DNA of 35,815 nucleotides from Clostridiales bacterium. GTDB lineage: Bacteria > Bacillota > Clostridia > Oscillospirales > CAG-272. Shown here in pieces: positions 30,911-35,815 of the stretch. The stretch's first letter is position 1, and every line of letters starts with the position of its first letter. A model generated the notes under the pieces. It was not told where the DNA came from. It saw only the letters and a program-made list of their open reading frames with translations, and made no database searches. Position numbers and translations under genes: made by a program. The stretch is taken from the NCBI GenBank assembly GCA_016281895.1, contig JAEEJM010000023.1:1-35815 (forward strand), given 5' to 3'.

Positions 30911-31567
30911 ATGGAACACAGAAGCAGCTCCCTGGGGGAGCAGGTATTCGAGAGGATCGAGGACGATATCCTGGCGGGCAGATATGAGCGTGGTTCCTGC
31001 ACGACGGAACTGAAGCTCTGCGCGGAGCTCGGAGTGTCCCGCACGCCCGTAAGGGAGGCGCTGGGACGTCTTGCGGCGGAGCATCTGATAAAAGAGACGA
31101 GCAAGGGGATCGTCATACTCGGGATCACAAGGGAGGACCTGGCGGACAGCATGGAGGTGCGCCTGGCACTCGACGGAAAGGCTGCCGCGCGGTGCGCCTC
31201 GGCCATTACCGATGAGGAGCTTCGCGAACTCCGCGAGGCCCTGGAACTTCAGGAATTCTACCTTGAGAAGGATGACGGCGACTCGATAAAGAAGATGGAC
31301 AGCCGCTTCCATGAGCTGATCTACCGCTTCAGCGGAAGCACCGTTTATTACGAAGTGCTGGCGCCTCTGCATAAGAAGGTTCAGCGCTTCCGGCGGGCGG
31401 CGCTGGATGAGACCGGCCGGCCGGAGAGATCCGTCTCGGAGCACAGGCAGATCTACGAGGCTATTGCCGCCCGCGATCCGGAGCTTGCCGCCGAGAGAAT
31501 GTTCACGCATGCAAATAACGCACGGGAGAGCCTTCTGGCCTCCGTAAAGGAAGACCGGGGGGAATGA
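30911..31567 (+). CDS. GntR-family transcriptional regulator (FadR/FCD subfamily)
   Basis: The N-terminal winged HTH is LGEQVFERIEDDILAGRYERGS...ELKLCAELGVSRTPVREALGRLAAEHLI. The C-terminal all-helical FCD-like domain includes FHELIY and EHRQIYEAIAARD. ATG 30911 has an AAAGGTG SD. GTG 30902 is an alternative start. Confidence 0.85.
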   Translation: MEHRSSSLGEQVFERIEDDILAGRYERGSCTTELKLCAELGVSRTPVREALGRLAAEHLIKETSKGIVILGITREDLADSMEVRLALDGKAAARCASAITDEELRELREALELQEFYLEKDDGDSIKKMDSRFHELIYRFSGSTVYYEVLAPLHKKVQRFRRAALDETGRPERSVSEHRQIYEAIAARDPELAAERMFTHANNARESLLASVKEDRGE

Positions 31568-31568
31568 C

Positions 31569-33509
31569 ATGGGACTGTCGCTGACTGAAAAACTCATTCT
31601 TTCGCATCTGACCGAAGGCACTGCGGAGAAGGGCGGAGAGATAGCGCTCAGGATCGACCAGACGCTCACTCAGGATGCCACCGGCACGCTGGCCTATCTC
31701 GAGTTCGAGCAGATGGGCGTCCCGCGCGTCAGGACTGAAAAGAGTGTGGCCTACGTCGACCACAATACGCTCGGCTGCGGCTTCGAGAACGCCGACGACC
31801 ACCGGTTCATACGCACCTGCGCCGAGAAGTTCGGAGTATGGTACTCCTGCCCGGGCAACGGTATCTGCCATCAGGTCCATCTGGAGCGATTCGGAAAACC
31901 GGGAAAGACGCTGCTCGGCTCAGACAGCCACACTCCTACCTGCGGCGGCCTCGGCATGCTCGCCATCGGCGCCGGAGGGCTGGACGTCGCGGTGGCCATG
32001 GGAGGCGGCGCATACCGCCTCAGGATGCCGGGCGTGATCCGCGTGGAGCTCCGCGGCAGGCTCCGTCCGCTGGTGAGCGCGAAAGATGTCGCCCTGGAGA
32101 TCCTTCGAAGGCTGGGAGTCAAGGGCGGCGTCGGCTACGTAATGGAATGGTGCGGAGAGGGCGTCGGCAGCCTGTCGGTTCCGGAGAGGGCGACCATTGC
32201 CAACATGGGTGCCGAGCTGGGCGCCACGACGACGGTCTTTCCGTCCGACGGGGTCACCCGGGCCTTCCTGGCCGCCCAGGACAGGGAGGAAGACTTCGTT
32301 CCTCTGGAGGCGGACTCGGACGCCTCATACGACAGGACGGTCGTGATCGATCTGTCGGAACTCGAACCGCTCATTGCCTGCCCGAGCCGACCGGACAACG
32401 TCGTAAAAGTTTCGGAGCTTTCCGGCTTCGCCGCCGATCAGGTCTGCATAGGTTCCTGCACGAATTCATCGCTTGCGGATCTGCTAAAGGTCGCCGCGCT
32501 GCTGAAAAATCGTAAGGTGGCCAGAGGGCTGAGCCTTTCTGTGTCTCCCGGGTCGCGACAGGTGCTGTCTATGCTTGCGGAGTCCGGCGCTCTGCAGGAC
32601 ATACTTGCCTCGGGAGCCCGCCTGCTTGAGTGCGCCTGCGGGCCGTGTATAGGAATGGGGTTCTCTCCTCCCGGAGGGGGCGTATCCGTCCGGACTTTCA
32701 ACCGGAACTTCGAGGGGCGCAGCGGTACAGCCGATGCCCTCGTTTATCTTGCCTCGCCCGAGACCGCCGCGGCCACCGCGGTGACGGGCTTCATAACGGA
32801 TCCGAGGAAGGTATTCGATCCTCCGCAGATCGCTCTTCCGGACAGGATGAGGATCGACGACAGCGCGGTCTATCCGCCGGCGCCCGAGGATGAGGCCGAC
32901 AGGGTCGAGATAGTACGCGGGAAGAACATCGCCCCGCTGCCTCAGGGCAGGCCGCCGGAGGACAGCATGCGCCTGACGGTATCGCTCAAGGTGGGCGATA
33001 ACATAACCACGGATCACATAATGCCCGCCGGGGCGAAGATACTCCCTTTCCGCTCAAACATCCCGCTCCTGTCGCGCTACTGCTTCACTGTGTGCGATCC
33101 GGAGTTCCCGGAGCGCGCCCGCGCGCTCGGCCGGAGCGCCGTGGTCGGCGGCGAGAACTACGGGCAGGGGTCGTCGCGGGAGCACGCGGCCCTTGTGCCG
33201 CTCTATCTTGGAGTAACCGCGGTCATTGCGGTCAGCTTCGCCAGGATCCACCGGGCAAACCTCATCAACGCCGGAATAATACCGTTCACCTTTCGACGGC
33301 CCGCCGACGCCGGACTCGTCGCGGAGGGCGACGTCCTGTCGCTTGAAGGAGTCAGGGCCGCTATCGGGACGGGCGTTATGACGGCCGTAACTTCGGACGG
33401 GCGGGAGATCGTGCTCGACTGCCCGCTGACGGACCGGCAGAAAAAGATCCTGCTTGCCGGAGGGCTGCTCGCCCTCACGGCCGAGGAGAACGAAGGAGAA
33501 AGAACATGA
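31569..33509 (+). CDS. aconitate hydratase (single-polypeptide, ~645 aa clostridial type)
   Basis: The aconitase family Fe-S ligand motifs are present: GSDSHT, IGSCTNSS and CGPCIGMG. A C-terminal swivel domain is fused (GENYGQGSSREHAA). The ATG lies 1 nt after the GntR stop. Confidence 0.9.
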   Translation: MGLSLTEKLILSHLTEGTAEKGGEIALRIDQTLTQDATGTLAYLEFEQMGVPRVRTEKSVAYVDHNTLGCGFENADDHRFIRTCAEKFGVWYSCPGNGICHQVHLERFGKPGKTLLGSDSHTPTCGGLGMLAIGAGGLDVAVAMGGGAYRLRMPGVIRVELRGRLRPLVSAKDVALEILRRLGVKGGVGYVMEWCGEGVGSLSVPERATIANMGAELGATTTVFPSDGVTRAFLAAQDREEDFVPLEADSDASYDRTVVIDLSELEPLIACPSRPDNVVKVSELSGFAADQVCIGSCTNSSLADLLKVAALLKNRKVARGLSLSVSPGSRQVLSMLAESGALQDILASGARLLECACGPCIGMGFSPPGGGVSVRTFNRNFEGRSGTADALVYLASPETAAATAVTGFITDPRKVFDPPQIALPDRMRIDDSAVYPPAPEDEADRVEIVRGKNIAPLPQGRPPEDSMRLTVSLKVGDNITTDHIMPAGAKILPFRSNIPLLSRYCFTVCDPEFPERARALGRSAVVGGENYGQGSSREHAALVPLYLGVTAVIAVSFARIHRANLINAGIIPFTFRRPADAGLVAEGDVLSLEGVRAAIGTGVMTAVTSDGREIVLDCPLTDRQKKILLAGGLLALTAEENEGERT

Positions 33510-34633
33510 ACGGCACCGCAGAAGCGGCAAGAGCCTTCGAGGTTCTGCTGAAGGAACAGCTTCTCCGCCAGGAGGAGCTTGAGCGGACCGCGGAGCCCGC
33601 GGATCATTCAAAAAAAAGGACCGTGACCGTGGGGCTGATCGACGGCGACGGCATAGGGCCTGTCATTATGGGTTCCGCGCGGACCGTGCTCGGGAAGCTG
33701 CTGGAGGACGGGAGCGGGGACAGAAAGACAGTGCTGCGGCAGATCGAGGGCCTTACTCTGCGGGAGCGGCTGAACGCGGGGCGCGCGCTTCCGGAGGGAG
33801 TGCTCGCCCAGGTCAGGGAGTGCGACGTGATCCTGAAGGGACCTACCGAGACGCCGCACGGAGGGACGCTGGAGAGCGCGAACGTCGCCCTCCGCAGAGA
33901 GCTCGATCTGTATGCCAACGTCCGTCCAGTGCGCGTCCCGGAAAAGAACATCGATTGGGTGTTCTTCCGCGAGAACAGCGAAGGCGAATACGTCCTCGGG
34001 AGCCGGGGCATTATGGTCAACGACGGAATGGCCGTGGACTTCAAGATCACGACCCGCGCCGGGACAAGACGCATCGCCGAGGCGGCCTTCGGCTACGCCG
34101 CAAGGAACGGAAGGCGCAGCGTGACCGCGGTCACCAAGGCGAACATAATGAAAAAAACGGACGGCCTCTTTTCGGAGGTCGTCCGCGAAGTCGCGGCGGA
34201 ATACCCGGGGATCGAGCTGAAGGAGCGCTATGTCGACATAATGTCCGCCGAACTGATAAACGAGGACGCCCGCTCCTGTCACGAAGTCATCCTTCTGCCG
34301 AACCTGTACGGCGACATACTTACAGACGAGGCCGCTCAGATCCAGGGCGGAGTCGGGACGGCGGGCTCGGCCAACCTCGGCACGCGGTACGCCATGTTCG
34401 AGGCGATACACGGCACGGCTCCGAGACTCGTCGCGGAAGGACTTGCGGAAAAGGCCAGCCCGGTAAGCATACTCCGGGCGGCGGTACTGATGCTGCGCCA
34501 CATCCTGATGCCGGTCCCGGCTGCGAGGCTCGAGACGGCCCTGGATTCATTCGGACCCGGTGAGATGCCAGACGGAACTCTGTCCTCGCCGGACTGCGCG
34601 AGCTTTACCGAGGCCCTGCTCAGGCGTCTGTGA
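33506..34633 (+). CDS. icd: isocitrate/isopropylmalate dehydrogenase-family enzyme, probable NAD(P)-isocitrate dehydrogenase
   Basis: Family motifs include GLIDGDGIGP, LKGP..TP, NLYGDILTDEAAQIQGG and EAIHGTAP. An ATGA overlap links it to the aconitase stop. The ~38-aa N-terminal extension is unusual; a GTG near 33632, preceded by AAAAGGA, is an alternative start. Confidence 0.8.
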   Translation: MNGTAEAARAFEVLLKEQLLRQEELERTAEPADHSKKRTVTVGLIDGDGIGPVIMGSARTVLGKLLEDGSGDRKTVLRQIEGLTLRERLNAGRALPEGVLAQVRECDVILKGPTETPHGGTLESANVALRRELDLYANVRPVRVPEKNIDWVFFRENSEGEYVLGSRGIMVNDGMAVDFKITTRAGTRRIAEAAFGYAARNGRRSVTAVTKANIMKKTDGLFSEVVREVAAEYPGIELKERYVDIMSAELINEDARSCHEVILLPNLYGDILTDEAAQIQGGVGTAGSANLGTRYAMFEAIHGTAPRLVAEGLAEKASPVSILRAAVLMLRHILMPVPAARLETALDSFGPGEMPDGTLSSPDCASFTEALLRRL

Positions 34634-35192
34634 AGCGCCGCCGGAGAGCTTCCAGCTCCGTGTGGATGCGGCAGGCGGGGAAGCCCATCACGTTGAAATA
34701 GTCGCCCGCGATCCCGGACACGAGGACGCAGCCCCGTCCCTGGATGCCGTAGGCACCGGCCTTGTCCATAGGCTCGCCGGTCGCGACGTACTCCCGGATC
34801 TCCGCGTCCGACAGGTCGCGGAAGCTCACCTCGGTGAGCTCGTGGCCTGTGACAGTCTCGCTCCCGCGTATGAGCGCGAAGCCGGTGTATACCCTGTGGG
34901 TCCTGCCGGAGAGGAGCTTCAGCATCCTGAAAGCGTCGCCGGCGCCGGCGGGCTTGCCCAGTATGAGGCCGCCGATCTCGACCACCGTATCGGCCCCGAT
35001 AACAGTGTCTTCGGGGCCGAAGCGCGGGGCGACGTCCATGGCCTTGTAAAGGGCGCTCTCTGAGGTGTATTCGCCGGGCCCGAGCTCGGGCGACGGGTTC
35101 TTTTCGGCAGAAGCCGGACAGACGGCAAAGTCCAGCCCCATGAGCCTCATTATCTCGGCCCTGCGGGGGGACGCCGAAGCAAGTACTAACAT
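34620..35192 (-). CDS. maf: Maf-family nucleoside triphosphate pyrophosphatase (septum formation protein Maf)
   Basis: 190 aa. The sequence includes MLVLASASPRRAEIM, GADTVV, DKAGAYGIQG and FNVMGFP. A GGAAGGA SD lies 6 nt upstream of the ATG. The 3' end overlaps the icd 3' end by 14 nt (convergent). Confidence 0.9.
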   Translation of the reverse strand: MLVLASASPRRAEIMRLMGLDFAVCPASAEKNPSPELGPGEYTSESALYKAMDVAPRFGPEDTVIGADTVVEIGGLILGKPAGAGDAFRMLKLLSGRTHRVYTGFALIRGSETVTGHELTEVSFRDLSDAEIREYVATGEPMDKAGAYGIQGRGCVLVSGIAGDYFNVMGFPACRIHTELEALRRRFTDA

Positions 35193-35204
35193 GTCGATCC
35201 TTCC

Positions 35205-35225
35205 GGACCCGAGGGTCCTTTTTTT
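35205..35225 (+). terminator. short plus-strand hairpin plus T7 run (terminator-like) in the spacer upstream of maf
   Basis: GGACC-CGAG-GGTCC (35205-35218) is followed by TTTTTTT (35219-35225). The orientation fits plus-strand transcripts, i.e. read-through from the icd operon running antisense to maf. Confidence 0.35.
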
Positions 35226-35255
35226 GTGCCTGCCCGCGCCGGGCTTGCGGGCGGT

Positions 35256-35815
35256 TCAGTCCCGGGCCCCGAGTTTCGGCCCGTTCGCGAGGAGGAAGGC
35301 CTCGGCCTCGGCGCACCACAGCCCTCCGCAGGCGCTGACGATGCGGTCCAACTCGCGGAACAGCGGATCGGTCTCTCCGAGCCTGCCGAAGTCTCCGACC
35401 GCGACGAGAGGGATGTCTATCGAATTGTAGCATACCTTCTTTGCGCCGTTCGGCTTCTCCATGGCAAGGACGGTCGACGGCACTGCGCGCAGACCGAGTA
35501 TGTGGGAAACGAGCGCCCCCGGCTCGATCTGTCTTTTCTCGATGAGCCCGATGGTGTCGAGGGTGTCCTCGGGAATGCTGCCCGCGGTCCCCACGACGTG
35601 GATGCCGTCGTAATGCACCCGGTACAGGTTGAGCGAGCCCGGAAGCGTGTGGACTGCTGGACCCGCGAAAAAGTTCACGCAGCCGTCGGTGCGGCAGATC
35701 TCCTCCGCCATGGAGAAGAGAGACGGGACCGGCACCATGACGAACACGTCGTCGAAGCCGCCGCCGGAGGTCTCCCGAAGCTTCTCGACGTGATCGGCAA
35801 GGCCCGAGGTGTCGA
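35256..35815 (-). CDS. C-terminal part of an MDR-type (zinc alcohol dehydrogenase-like) oxidoreductase; 5' end lies outside the window
   Basis: The frame is open from the right edge (DTSGLADHVEKLRETSGGGFDDVFVMVP...) to the stop at 35256-35258. The pattern resembles the second half of the Rossmann domain and the C-terminal catalytic-domain return of sorbitol/threonine dehydrogenase-like enzymes. The assignment is tentative. Confidence 0.5.
   Translation of the reverse strand, partial: DTSGLADHVEKLRETSGGGFDDVFVMVPVPSLFSMAEEICRTDGCVNFFAGPAVHTLPGSLNLYRVHYDGIHVVGTAGSIPEDTLDTIGLIEKRQIEPGALVSHILGLRAVPSTVLAMEKPNGAKKVCYNSIDIPLVAVGDFGRLGETDPLFRELDRIVSACGGLWCAEAEAFLLANGPKLGARD

Noticed and set aside
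29499-34633. Alpha-aminoadipate lysine pathway or leucine pathway (homocitrate/isopropylmalate synthase, homoaconitase, homoisocitrate dehydrogenase)
   Set aside because: The hydratase is a single ~645-aa aconitase-type polypeptide rather than a LeuC/LeuD-like two-subunit isomerase. The gene order also matches clostridial Re-citrate synthase-aconitase-IDH clusters. Phylogeny is still needed for certainty.

Overview
This is a GC-rich, densely coding chromosomal segment of Firmicutes/Clostridia type. The taxon call is an inference from gene order, GGAGG-type ribosome-binding sites and the clostridial Re-citrate-synthase cluster. Most of the content is core. In order it holds: an acidic protein 3' end (possibly divIVA), then ileS-lspA-rluD-HAD hydrolase; a glycerol-1-phosphate-dehydrogenase-like Fe-ADH; a DUF1934-like protein; a membrane-anchored WG-repeat protein; and a compact galK-membrane protein-MBL hydrolase-rlmH operon. 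Next comes an operon of two large secreted proteins (one with 3x Big_3 Ig-like domains plus a Cys module, one with a Cys/His domain plus SH3b) followed by a TagA-family glycosyltransferase. After that are gap, a stand-alone tRNA-Lys(UUU), and an intramembrane-sensing histidine kinase/OmpR-type regulator pair divergent from a GT4 glycosyltransferase-acyltransferase pair. The remainder holds an orphan ABC solute-binding lipoprotein and an orphan ABC ATPase, an aquaporin, an SPFH/band-7 protein translationally coupled to a ribbon-helix-helix protein, a Re-citrate-synthase-like/GntR/aconitase/isocitrate-dehydrogenase operon, maf, and the 3' part of an MDR-type dehydrogenase. Several textbook TTGACA-17-TATAAT promoters and hairpin+T-run terminators are readable. 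I see no transposase, integrase, phage gene, CRISPR array, restriction-modification gene or recognisable defence gene, so I cannot claim a clearly novel system. The signals most worth a second look are: (1) a mirror-symmetric divergent promoter region (22368-22551); (2) a 7-nt-period GAAGCCC repeat in the GT4 operon leader; (3) a 13-nt-period repeat array between ileS and lspA; (4) the SPFH-RHH pair; (5) a 14-bp perfect palindrome over the promoter of the citrate-synthase operon, which carries its own GntR regulator; and (6) the central surface-protein/TagA operon. Many long ORFs in the six-frame track are antisense or upstream-extension artefacts of high GC and were rejected.
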